Shown: positions 12,589 through 24,790 of the stretch, piece by piece
Numbering within the stretch: position 1 is the stretch's first letter
How the letters are laid out: the number at the start of each line of letters is the position of its first letter
Assembly (NCBI RefSeq): GCF_030684315.1
Contig: NC_081378.1
Coordinates: 16,856,575-16,920,574, forward strand
DNA length: 64,000 nt
From: Stegostoma tigrinum
Taxonomy: Eukaryota
Direction: 5' to 3'
The notes under the pieces: generated by a model
What the model saw: only the letters and a program-made list of their open reading frames with translations
Database searches by the model: none
What the model was told of the DNA's origin: nothing
Translations under genes and position numbers: made by a program

Positions 12589-12791
12589 NNNNNNNNNNNN
12601 NNNNNNNNNNNNNNNNNNNNNNNNNNNNNNNNNNNNNNNNNNNNNNNNNNNNNNNNNNNNNNNNNNNNNNNNNNNNNNNNNNNNNNNNNNNNNNNNNNNN
12701 NNNNNNNNNNNNNNNNNNNNNNNNNNNNNNNNNNNNNNNNNNNNNNNNNNNNNNNNNNNNNNNNNNNNNNNNNNNNNNNNNNNNNNNNNNN
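12589..12791. other. Assembly gap (203 N)
   Basis: Run of N. Confidence 1.
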
Positions 12792-13201
12792 AGTCTCAGT
12801 GCTGTTTCCATTTGGAAATCTAACCTTAGAATTTATTAATGTTGGTCAAAGCAATCTTCTTCCGTGAAGCTATGCTTGTAATAGAAATTTAGCCTAAGAC
12901 ACCCTTACAATAAGTTAACAATCATATCACAGAACATGCATTAGGAGGATTCATTTCACACATCCTGTGCCTGTAGCATTGTCATTTTTTAAATAAATAT
13001 GCGTTCCATATGTTAATATTGTTTCTAAGGTTCAACCTTAAGATATTAAAAGAAGAGTAAATTCACTTCTGTGTCAACAAGCTGTAGCCTTAAATATTAA
13101 ACTTTGTAATTGTTGTGGAAGGTTCTTCCAAAGTATCAAACCTCAGTTATTGAATGAAAATCGCTTGGCAAGTGTTTAATTTTTCTCAACATTTTACTCA
13201 C

Positions 13202-13357
13202 TCTCATCAGAACTTTGTATCTTCTTTTGCACTTTCGAAAATCCAACTCCAACTCCAATTAAAACAACCAGTACTCCACATATGAATACAGATACACAAT
13301 TCGTTCTTTGTCTGTTTAAAGCTGCATTATCATCACTTCCAGTAACCATTGGTTTAT
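13202..13357 (-). CDS. Gene A: stalk, transmembrane and juxtamembrane exon
   Basis: Acceptor aaatatcctag|AT, donor GAGA|gtgagt, 156 nt, phase 1-1. Encodes DKPMVTGSDDNAALNRQRTN-CVSVFICGVLVVLIGVGVGF-SKVQKKIQSSDE: a hydrophobic span followed by basic residues, with no stop codon. Confidence 0.85.
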
Positions 13358-14666
13358 CTAGGATATTTAAAAGAAGTATAAAATTACAGTTAAATCACTC
13401 TATTTACAGCTGAGGTACAACAATCAATCATTCTTCCCATGGAATGAGCTATCTTAGACAGCATGTTAACTATCCTCTGATGTCACAACAGTGAAATCTT
13501 GAACTGAAAAGCCAATTCAGAATGTCATCTTAGTAAAAAGAAAGCAATGATTAGGAACAGTCACTCAGTAGCTTGTAAAAGGATTGACTGACACTAAAAA
13601 TGCCTGCAGTGTTCATTTAGGAGACTGGTACTTGTTCCAATACCATTGCCCCAGACAATTTACTTGGAAGTAAACAAAGTATTGTTGTGGATTTGAAGCG
13701 CTATTTAAATGGATACTCATCACTTGTCCATTTGCTGCTGCAGTTGAGAAGAGCACTTCTGAAACACATTGTAAGACTTTCTTACACAGTAAAGTCTTCA
13801 GTAATTTTATATCAACATTATTCAAAAGAATTCCCTGAGGACTTCACCTAAAAAGTTAAGTGCTCTGACAGTCTTATAGGAGTCAGCAGCAGTAAGGGAG
13901 TACCTGGTCAGGCAAGCTTGTTAGTGATTTCAACTTGTTTTGGGCAAGGAATGGGAGAAGGACATGATACTATGCCAGAACAGCACTGCCCACTGCAGGA
14001 GAGGGGGACGGGGGCAAGGAGGGTCAACTTGTGCCTGTGTCCTTGGATACAGTGCTTTTTTCCTTCTCTGGACCTCCCCCAACCTCAAGTATGCAAGCAA
14101 GATCTGTGCACACTCTTCTTCACATTTTGACGCATCTTATAACATGCTAATGTGTATCTACCAGAGCACAGGCCTTCATCGTAACTGATTCAGAGGAGTC
14201 CACAAAATCTTCTCCATCGAAATCCCATGTACTTAGCACCTAAGTGCTAAATCTGAAGAAATCTTCTTTACTGCCTCCAGACAAATTAAATTATGGTAAT
14301 AAGTAATTAGGATTAAAATTTGCACTAAACTCAGGCTCCAAATAGTTGTGCCATATTTCCCGAGCATCCATTTAGCTTCAGTTTTCAGTTTTTCTCTAAA
14401 GTAACAGTTAAATTTTTTGCACCACTGGATAGTTGAAGTATTAGAATTTAGGATCATTAAAAAGTACCAGATACCAATTTAAGGTCTGCAGGCTGCATCT
14501 AAATGTAATGATATTTCAGTAAGATCTACATACTACAATTAATTGTATCGTGGCATTAGACTGTGATTTATTTTTATTCATTCATTCATGCTCTGGTCAT
14601 CTCTGCTTCATTGTGTTGGTCTGAAATGTGTTTTACGCTAAGAAGTCTAACAGTCGTTTGATCATA

Positions 14667-15644
14667 ATAGAACATAGAACATAGAACATTACAGCACAGT
14701 ACAGGCCCTTCGGCCCTGGACGTTGTGCCGACCTGTCATACTAATCTCAAACCCATCTAACCTACACTATTCCATGTACGTCCATATGCTTGTCCAATGA
14801 CGACTTAAATGGACCTAAAGTTGGCGAATCAACTACCATTCCAGGCAAAGCGTTCCATGCCCTTACTACTCTCTGAGTAAAGAAACTACCTCTGACATCT
14901 GTCCTATATCTTCCACCCCTCAATTTAAAGCTATGCCCCCTCGTGCTCGCCGTCACCATCCGAGGGAAAAGGCTCTCCCTATCCACCCTATCTAACCCTC
15001 TGATTATTTTATATGTTTCAATTAAGTCACCTCTCAACCTTCTTCTCTCTGATGAAAACAGCCTCAAGTCCCTCAACCTTTCCTCGTAAGGCCTTCCCTC
15101 CATACCAGGCAACATCCTAAATAATCTCCTCTGCATCCTTTCCAAAGCTTCCACATCCTTCTTATAATGCGGTGACCAGAACTGTACACAATACTCCAAG
15201 TGCGGCCACACCAGAGTTTTGTACAGCTTCACCATAACCTCTTGGTTCCGCAACTCGATCCCTCTATTAATAAAAGCTAAAACACTGTACGCCTTCTTAA
15301 CAGCCCTGTCAACCTGGGTGGTAACTTTCAAGGATCTGTGTACATGGACACCGAGATCTCTGTGCTCATCTACACTGCTAAGAATCTTACCATTAGCCCT
15401 GTGCTTTGCCTTCCGGTTACTCCTACCAAAGTGCATCACCTCACACTTGTCTGTATTAAACTCCATTTGCCACCTCTCAGCCCAGCTCTGCAGCTTATCT
15501 ATGTCTCTCTGCAACCTACAGCATCCTTCGTCACTATCAACAACTCCACCGACCTTAGTGTCGTCTGCAAATTTACTAACCCATCCTTCTACACCCTCAT
15601 CCAGGTCATTTATAAAAATGACAAACAGCAGTGGACCCAACACC
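14667..15644 (-). mobile_element. CR1 LINE 3' fragment
   Basis: [15 protein letters not shown]...KFADDTK and LEYCVQFWSP; (TTCTATG)n-type tail at 14667-14688. Confidence 0.92.
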
Positions 15645-16743
15645 ATTCAGCTTACACTATATAATAATTTTGAATGCCTATGTATACTAGACTTTAAATT
15701 GTAATCGAGACCTTAATACCTCCCCTTTTCCAAACAAATCTAATAAAATCCATAATATTTCCTCAATTAATTATTAGGAAATGCCTGACCACCAATGCCC
15801 ACCACCAGCTCAGAAGCTTCACTGAATAGCTTCTGGAAAAGGTAACTGCAGCATAAATTGTCAGGGAGTTAGCAGGATGATTGTGAGGGTCTGATTTTCC
15901 CCTCAAACACAATTACCAGAAGAAAGGAATAAAAGGGCAAGGAGATTGCAACATTGGCTCTGTGCCATTTTATTGCTTGGGATTCTCGGCTTTCCACTCA
16001 GATTATGGGGTTTGTTGTACCTAGGTTCATATTAATAACCAGCAATCCTATCTTATTCTCTTCCAACATCAGAACAGCAGCTTCTTTTGAAAAGAAATGG
16101 GCCTCAACTAACACCCTACCTCTGACTGGAGGTTAGGAGGCAACAACATCCTGGAAGGTGGAAATAAGCAAGTCTCTCTTCGTCCCTGATGGTGGCACAA
16201 GGATCAGAGTCAGAGGTCATTCAAACTAATTTGGACAGCAAGATGATCTTGAATTTGACAACTTTCCACCATGCCCATCAGATTTGGGCTTTTCGGTTCA
16301 TTAGCTTTTAAATGTAAGGCTTGTGCAGCTGTTGATTAAGTCTTGTTAATGACCTGACTAAAATATCAGACAGTTTCAGGCGAAGTTGGGCAGAACACTT
16401 CAAACCTAAATACAAGGTTAAAGGCACCAAAAGGTATTCTCAGATTAAAGAAACTAGGGACCTGAGACAAATAATTCAAGTGGACAGGATAATTGATTGT
16501 TAAATGTTTTACTCACAGTGATGTGAAATTCATCTCCTGCATGGCACACTTGTAACTGAATACACGATCCAATTGTACCAGCCTAACAAGCTCCATTCTC
16601 ATGAATCTCCCTGATGCATGACCACTTTAAATATATCAAAGATTTGCACAATTTTGAGATGGGGATTCTCTGCCCAAGCACAATCCCCTCAACAAATTAT
16701 GAATGGAATTTTATTTACTGCTGGGAGATATCTACGTGCTTAC

Positions 16744-17091
16744 CATATAATTTCAGTTCCACCAAATTCTCAATGTAACCTTTTCCATCCTCTTGAATCA
16801 CGAAGCAGGTGTAGTTCCCTATATCTGATGTGGTTGCTCTTTTTAATCTGAGAGAAGCATTCCCATTGGGAAATTCTTGGAGAAACAGTTTAGTCCGTCC
16901 CCTGAATGCTGGGTCCTGATACTCTGGATGGTTTTTCTCATTGTAGAAGCTATGAACCACTTTTATACTGGTTGTCCGCTGCCAGGTAATAACAAGCTGC
17001 TGCAAACTGAATTTGGTTGCAACAGTAAAAATGCAGGGCAGTAAGATGTCTTCACCTGAGACTCCTAAGATCTGGATGAAGGATCCCTCAC
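16744..17091 (-). CDS. Gene A: IgV exon, B7/butyrophilin family (CD276/HHLA2/VTCN1-like)
   Basis: Motifs GEDILLPC, WQR, VVHSFY, QDPAFRGRTKLF, GNASLRL and DIGNYTCFV. Acceptor tttcactag|GT, donor TATG|gtaagc, 348 nt, phase 1-1. Confidence 0.92.
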
Positions 17092-19038
17092 CTAGTGAAA
17101 ATATAGGACATACAATGTACAAAAAAAAGGATGAAACAAGAAATGGTCATGTTCCCCATTCAGAGCATTCATTCCAAGTGATGTACATTAGTTCCTTTTG
17201 GGAATTTCAGCAAAATGTACAAGATAAAGTTGTAAAAGCTCTCCCCTTCCTACGCAAGTCAAATCCAATACGCTTTTACAACCCTGCCTAACTGTAAAAT
17301 CGTGATTACTTAACAGTAATACCTGCACCAAAAATATTTGCATTGTGAAGTATTTCAGGATTTGAATGCAGATTGCCACTTTTCTTTGTCACATCTGGAA
17401 ATTAAAGTACATCAACACGTGTTCAAAGATAGGGTGTAGTCCTCATCATGTGGTAGTTCTTACCAGCAGCTGTTTTTTGCTGATAGAAGATAGAGGAAGA
17501 CCACATGAAGAGTTCCCTAACAGAATGCTTCTATCACACCCTACTGAGATCAATATGTTCTGTGCCAAATGTCCATTTGTTCTCTGGTACCAGTGAACTG
17601 CCTTCCACTGTCTCAGGCTGTAAGTTTTTCCTGGCTATTTAGCTAATGTACCATATCTAAACCATTTTCTTTATAAATTTAATATGCCACCTTAAAATTA
17701 TATATGATAGTCAACAACCTATTTTAAGTTTGTTTGACCGTGGAATCCCAAATGTTACATGAATGGCCTGTGTTTTCTTACTATGCGCAACAGGCTAATG
17801 CATTTGCCCACACAAGCAAAGTCATTGTCCTCTAAAACTCTTAGTATCTTTGACATTTGGGATTCCTGAAAAGAAGTAACGTATTGCTATTTAATCCAAG
17901 TTTTTTTTTCCAGATTTGTGTTTAACTTTTTAACATATAGCACCATTGTTCATGTGCCATTAATACTGCTTTCCTTTCAAATGAAAGAATTTCAAATTGC
18001 ACTAACTGTTTTTCTACATGTCTATTCCACAGCTTAATCTAAAACTAATTCCCATTTACCTTAATCTCTCTACAGGCTTATAGTTTTCATACCTGTCTTC
18101 CCTCTCTACAGGGTTACTAATTTCATATCTGTCTTCTCTAGATTCCCATTCACAGTACATGTTAGTGTGGTGTATAATCTGATTTATATGTAATACCATT
18201 TATTGTATGTTTGGGTTCTTGGCTTTAAGTAACCAATCTGTGGGTTTTCTGTGTGTTAAAAAATTAATAAGCAACTTATGTATTTGTTTTTTTTCAGTAA
18301 TGCAGTTTTTGAAGCCTGGCTTTTTGTACACTGTTAATGAATTTTTGATTTTCTTGGTTTGTTTTGGATTCAGCAACATAAATAACGAAGCCTCGAATTT
18401 GTTAGAAACTTTCGGAACTTGTTTTTTTAAGCTTAAGGGAAATACCATAGCTTTGGCAGGCAGATATCTGGTTTTAGTTTTCTTTTGCGTGTGGAAATCC
18501 TGTAAAGTCCTTGAGTGGCAATACAGCCTAGAAGGGAAGGGAAGGACATCGGGAAATTGATATCCTTACAGTATGAAGAGCTAGTGTTAATTAACCAAAC
18601 AGAAGTGTTGGAATAAAACTGTGAAGCAGTTACATTCAAGCTATGGTGGATGATAGTGCAAGATAGAAGCTCTCTATAGTTCTAGTCAGTAAATTGAAGT
18701 CACAGCAACTTAAACCTGCCTTAGTGTGTGATACAGGAGCTCTGATGTGTGTATTGTTTAAAAAAAAGCTGTTTTATTTTCTTTTTAACTTATAAAAAAA
18801 GTGTTTCGGGATTAATGGGATTATACTCTTACTGTGTGTTTAAAAACTTTGAATTTGTGTTACAAATAGATGATTTGGTTTATTCATTTTTATCTTTTGT
18901 TAGTAAACTTTTTGTTTTATTGTTAAAACAAGATGTACAGTATTGCATGCTTATGTTTCAGCAAGACATCACTTTGTTAAAACCAGACAGTCAATCACAT
19001 ACTAACAGAAAGGTCCTGAAAAAAGTCAAGGCACTTAC

Positions 19039-19099
19039 CCAAGAAAGGCTGCTGAAGGAACAGAAATAACCACAATGTGATGTACAGTGGGCTCTCCAT
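19039..19099 (-). CDS. Gene A: signal-peptide exon MESPLYITLWLFLFLQQPFL(G)
   Basis: Acceptor tttttatttttcag| at 19102, strong Kozak GCAATGG, hydrophobic core, and a perfect donor TTGG|gtaagt in phase 1 matching the IgV exon. Confidence 0.88.
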
Positions 19100-20551
19100 T
19101 GCCTGAAAAATAAAAATTCATTGGAACAAAATGAGTGATTAAATTATGTTTCCAAACAGCAATTCAAGATTTGTAGCAAGTGTGTGTCCAAAGTGACTGA
19201 TGATAGAAAAAAGTGATAGGTGCTTCACATTGGCAAATTTCACTGGCACCTTCAGTTAAAGAGTTCATTCAACCTCAGTTGATTAGCTGCATCCAAACTG
19301 ATCCTCCTTTTTTTTGCATTAAGATGATTTCTCTCTATTCTCTTCATCCTATCCTTTAACATCTAGACTAGCCCTCATCCTTTTTATCTCTCCAAGTGCC
19401 CAGGAACATTTAGTTCCCAATCTTGATCACTTCACAAATCACCTCTTTGGAATGGTTAGTGGATTAAATCAATTCATTTCTTGGTTATTAACTTGTCCAA
19501 TTTGCTGTAAGTCCTTCACACATTCGGATTAAGTGCCTTTAGCTTTGATTTTATTTCTATTTTTTTCCTGACAAAACCTTAGACACCAGTACTGTTTTAG
19601 TTTCGTTACTCTTCGTAACTTTTTGAACCACAGTCCTTATTTTTACTTAAAACAAAGTGTAACTCTAGTCATTTAGGGAATGCTAGAGAACATTTTAGTT
19701 GCTGCTTTGAATTTTTCCTTTCCTGAATCCTCCTACTTGGCCTTCATTATTTTAAATCTACACGCTACAGTCTTACTTCTTAGATTTGCCAGGATTCCAG
19801 TCCCATCCTGGTTCAAGTGGTGCCCATTGCAGAGGAACAGTTCCCTCTTTCTTGGTGCCAATAGTCCATGAAGCAAAACCCTTGCTACCACATCACTCTT
19901 TCAGCACTGCATCTAAAGTTATAATCTGTTTATTCCTGTGCTAAGTGTCACGTGGTTCCGATGGTAAACCAGATTCGACCTTTTAAGGTTTTACTTTTCA
20001 AATTGAATCCTATCTTGTCAAATTCTCTCAGCATATTATTCTTTATTCTTCCCGTGTTATTGTTTCCTACAGAACAAAGACAATTGGATCATGGTCTTCA
20101 AGTTCCTCTTTAGCCATGACATGATGTCTTTAATTCCCCCCCACAACAGAAACCTTGGAGCTCTAGATCATAGAGTGTCTATTTCCCAAGTTAGTGTGTC
20201 CCTAATCATAAACTTCTTTTTATTCCTCCCATCCCCACTTGAATATGCTTCTGAACCATCATGCTACTATCTGTTTCCATCCACATGTAATTGTTCTTAC
20301 TCACACAGCAAGTAATTTGCACCTGCTCATCAAAATGAAAGGCTACAGCTCCTCCATCAACGCATCCCATACCAGTCTGACTTGCAATCACACCCTCCCG
20401 CCCCGAACACTAACCAACTCGAAAGGTTCACTTAAGATAAGGAAAATGGCTGTCTCGAGGAACAAATGATCCAGGTAAATCCCTCACTCACTAACGTTCT
20501 GCAAGACTTGCAGGTCAGACTCCACCTCAAGAATTCTGAGTCGAAGGCCTA

Positions 20552-21990
20552 TGAACATAGAACAATATTGGGCAGTACAAGACCCTCGGCGTTGCACCGG
20601 CCTGTGAACTAATCTAAGCCCATTTCCCTACACTATCCCATCATCATCCGTATGGTCATCCAAGGACTGTTTAAATGCCCCTAATGTGGCTGAGTTAACT
20701 ACATTGGCAGGCAGGGCGTTCCACACCCTTACCAATCTCTGAGTAAAGAACCTGCCTCTGACATCTGTCTTAAATCTATCACCCCTCAATTTGCAGCTAT
20801 GCCCCCTCGTACAAGCTGATGTCATCACCCTCGGAAAAAGACTCTCACTATCCACCCGATCTAATCCTCATCATCTTGTATGCCTCTATTAAATCTCCTC
20901 TTAGCCTTCTTCTCTCCAATGGGAACAGACCCAAGTCCCTCAGCCTTTCTTCATAAGGCCTTCGCTCCAAACCAGGCAACATCCTGGTAAATCTCCTCTG
21001 CACTTTTTCCAATGCTTCCACACCCTTCCTGTAATGGGACGACCAGAACTGCACACAGTATTCCAAGTGAGGCCGCACTAGCGTTTTGTACAGTTGCAGC
21101 GTGATATCATGACTCCGGAACTGAATCCCTCTACCAATAAAACCTAACACACTGTAAGCCTTCTTAACAGCACTATCAACCTGGGTGGCAACTTTCAGGG
21201 ATCTATGTACATGGACATGGACACCAAGATCCCTCTGCACATCTACACTACCAAGAATCTTTCCATTGACCCAATATTCTGCCTTCCTATTATTCTTCCC
21301 AAAGTGAATCACCTCACATTTATCTGCATTGAACTCCATTTGCCACCTTTCTGTCCAATTCTGCAGTTTATCCAAGTCTCCCTGCAACCTGCAACATTCT
21401 TCCACACTGTCCACCACTCCACCGACTTGAGTCATCTGCAAACTTACTAACCCATCCACCCATGCCTGCGTCCAAGTCATTTATAAAAATGACAAACAGC
21501 AGTGGTCCCAAAACAGATCCTTGAGGCACACCACTAGCAACCGGACTCCAGGCTGAATATTTTCCATCAACCACCACTCGTTGCCTTCTTGCAGAAAGCC
21601 AGTTTCTAATCCAAACAGCTAAATCTCCCTCAATCCCATGCCTCCGCATTTTCTCCAATAGCCTACCATGTGGAACCTTATCAAAGGCTTTACTGAAGTC
21701 CATGTACACCATGTCAACTGCCCTACCCTCATCCACATGCTTGGTCGCCTTCTCAAAAAACTCAGTGAGGTTTGTGAGACACGACCTGCCCTTGACAAAT
21801 CCACGTTGACTATCTCCAATCAAATTGTTGCTTGCTAGATGATTATAAATCCTATCTCTTACAATCTTTTCCAAAACTTTTCGCACAACAGACGCAAGGC
21901 TCACTGGTCTATAATTAACTGGGTCATCTCTACTGCCCTTTTTGAACAAGGGCACAACATGTGCAATCCTCCAGTCCTCTGGTACAAACA
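20552..21990 (-). mobile_element. CR1 LINE 3' fragment
   Basis: RT motifs [26 protein letters not shown] and FADD, frameshifted; tail at ~20552. Confidence 0.92.
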
Positions 21991-22427
21991 CATGTTGAAG
22001 ATATGACCATCTAAGATCACAGTGAGCTCTGCAAGTCCACCTTGCTATGGCACAGCATGCCCCTTAGTATGTCACATCTGTCTGGCTGAATCCAAGTTTA
22101 GAATCAAAGAAAACTATTCTTTTTAGATCTCTCATCTGACTCAGTTTGTGCTGTCTTCAATTATAGAAAAACTCACTAACTAGTCATCAATCACCACAAC
22201 AAGATTTACTACTGGAATCTGCAATAAAAGACCACCTTTCTTAAAATGAAAAATGTCTTATTGTTTCGTCATCTGTTTCATTGACTCTTGAAGCACCTTG
22301 GAGGGTCCTTCATGACAGTTTTGAACAGACACACAATAGTGATCCATGGCTTCTTGAACTGGCACTTCTTGGCAATTGACAGCGCTTAAGAAGTTCCAAG
22401 TGCCTGAAAGGTTCAACAAGCAGAAGA

Positions 22428-23505
22428 CAACAAAGTGTGGGACTGGAAGAACACAGCACGCCAAGCAGCATCTTAGGAGCACAAAAGCTGACTTTTCAGG
22501 CCTACACCCTTCATCAGAAAAGGGGGATGGGGAGATGATCCTGAGATAAATAGGGAGAGAGGGCGAGGCGGACTGAAGATGAATAGAGGAGACAATAGGT
22601 GGAGAGGAGAATATAGGTGGGGAGGTAGGGAGGGGATAGGTCAGTCTGGGGAGGACGGACAGGTCAAGGGGGCAGGATGAGGTTAGTCGGTAGGAAATGG
22701 AGGTGCAGCTCGAGGTGGGAGGAGGGGATAGGTGAGAGAAAGAACAGATTAGGGAGGCAGGGATGAGCTGGGCTGGTTTTGGGATGCAGTGGGGTAAGGG
22801 GAGATTGTGAAACTTGTGAAATCCACATCAATACCATTGGGCTGCAGAGTTCCCAAGCGGAATATGAGTTGCTGTTCCTGCAACCTATGGGTGGCATCAT
22901 TATGGCACTGCAGGAAGCCCAGGATGGACATGGCATCTAAGGAATCGGAGGGGGAGTTGAAATGGTTCGCGACTGGGAGGTGCAGTTGTTTACTGCAAAT
23001 TGAGCGTAGGTGTTCTGCAAAGTGGTCCCCAAGTCTCCGCTTGGTTTCCCCAATGTAGAGGTAGCCACACCATGTACAGCGGATGCAGTATACCACATTG
23101 GCGGATGTGAAGGTGAACATCTGCTTGACATGGAAAGTCATCTTGGGGCCTGGAATGAGGGTGAGGGAGGAGGTGTGGGGGCAGGTGTAGCACTTCCTGC
23201 GGTTGCAGGGCAAAGTGCAGGGTGTGGTGGGGTTGGAGGGGAGTGTGGAGCAGACAAGGGAGTTACGGAGAGAGTGGTCTCTCCGAAAGGCAGACAAGGG
23301 TCGGGTGGGAAAAATGTCTTTGGTGTGGGGTCAGATTGTAGATGGCGGAAGTGTCGGAGGATGATGCTTTGTATCTGGAGGTTGGTGGGGTGGTATGAGG
23401 ACAAGGGGGATTCTCTTTTGGCAGTTATTGCGAGGGCGGGGTTCATCCAGCTCCACACTTTGTTATCTTGGATTCTCCAGCATCTGCAGGTCCTATTATC
23501 TCTGA
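22428..23505 (-). mobile_element. Penelope family-1 copy with a short inverted tail
   Basis: GIY-YIG ORF 22749-23297. 15-bp TSD TCAACAAGCAGAAGA at 22413-22427 and 23506-23520. Confidence 0.88.
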
Positions 23506-23934
23506 TCAACAAGCAGAAGATTCGTTTTAATGTCTCTCAAATGTCAAGTGTTCTCTGTTTAGAAACTCTAATTGTCAAGGAAAGTAGTGAAGTGGGACTG
23601 CTAAAAATGTTACAGCAAAATGAACTGGCACAGAAACAATACTTACTGAGCAGCGTTAAGGATTTGTTTTTAAAACAGGATTTTAAAACAGGATAGGGAA
23701 CTGGAGAGATTCCCCACTTTCGGAATCTCCCTCGCCTCGGGTCCTAATTCGCTTTAGTTCTGTCATTTATTCCACAGTCGTAAACTATCATGATCGTTTG
23801 GTGTGACAGCATCTTGAGGCAGTTGTTTTCTTTTTTAGTTCCTGATTGCCAGCATCCGCAGTTCTTTCGGTCTTTGTTACGATTACTTTCAATAACGAAA
23901 CCAATCGCCGGCGCACCAAAAAAATACACGAACT

Positions 23935-23997
23935 GACGATAAACTGTCAAGTCTGTTTCTGTAACAGACGATAAACTGTCAAGTCTGTTTCTGTAAC
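23935..23997 (+). repeat. 32-bp tandem duplication
   Basis: GACGATAAACTGTCAAGTCTGTTTCTGTAAC present twice. Confidence 0.9.
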
Positions 23998-24214
23998 TGA
24001 TCCCCAAAATTAGAAAATAAAATACCTATCTCAAAGTTTACGCAACATTTATGACCCGATCCATTTCCGCAAGTTTTGTTCGAGCAAAGCAAGAACTACG
24101 AAAATGAAACTAACTCCGGAATAAACATTCACACTGAAAAAATACACGACTGAGAGAGTAAAGAGTCGCTAACGAAACTTTTTTCCGACCCCCACCATGT
24201 TACGAAAATCTCAC

Positions 24215-24300
24215 CTGTCACGAATTCAGACAGTTTCAGCCTGAGTATATTCTACATTTCTCAGAAGTCGCTGTACGCCTTGACCGGCCACTTCCAAAAA
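24215..24300 (-). other. Gene A: probable non-coding first exon
   Basis: Consensus donor GACAG|gtgaga at 24215/24214, immediately downstream (minus sense) of the CpG-rich promoter. The 5' boundary is approximate. Confidence 0.5.
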
Positions 24301-24530
24301 GAGGCGGTCTCGGGCGGGAAGGTGCGTGCGGACAGTTGACACACATGCGCATTGCACCGTGCGCGCGCCTAATACCGAGGGAACACGGTGCGGAGCTGGG
24401 TGACCGCGGCAGCAGAGGAGCCCGGAAGGCTGGCGTTTCGGGAGCTGGGTGCCCGCAACAGGCCGAGCAGCCCGGAAGGCTGGATGGCCGCAACACGCCG
24501 AGCAGCAGCAGCAGACGAGCCGGCGTTTCA
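24270..24530 (-). promoter_or_regulatory. CpG-island-like promoter of gene A
   Basis: Local CpG/GC enrichment in an AT-rich, CpG-poor background. GC box GGGCGGG ~24312, ETS-type GGAAG motifs (24289, 24422, 24472) and an NRF1-like TGCGCAT ~24346. Confidence 0.6.
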
Positions 24531-24790
24531 AGTCTAGACCCTTCATCAGAAACGGGGGAGGGGGATCTGAAATAAATAGGGAGAGAGGGGGAGACGGATA
24601 GAAGATGGATAGAGGAGAAGATAGGTGGGGAGGAGACAGACCGGTCAAAGAGGTGGGGATGGAGCCAGTAAAGGTGAGTATAGGTGGATAGGTCAGTCCA
24701 AGGAGGACGGACAGGTCAAGGGTGCGGGATGAGGTTAGTAAGTAGGAGAGGGGCTTGACGTGGGAGGAGGGGATAGATGAGAGGAAGAGC
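24380..24790 (-). mobile_element. Penelope family-1 3' end overlapping the CpG island
   Basis: Purine-rich block and CTAGACCCTTCATCAG match the 22430-22750 copy. Confidence 0.75.

Noticed and set aside
17464-17617. Candidate leader exon for gene A (donor GCTG|gtaaga)
   Set aside because: The in-frame peptide MWSSSIFYQQKTAA is not hydrophobic; 19039-19102 is a far better signal exon.
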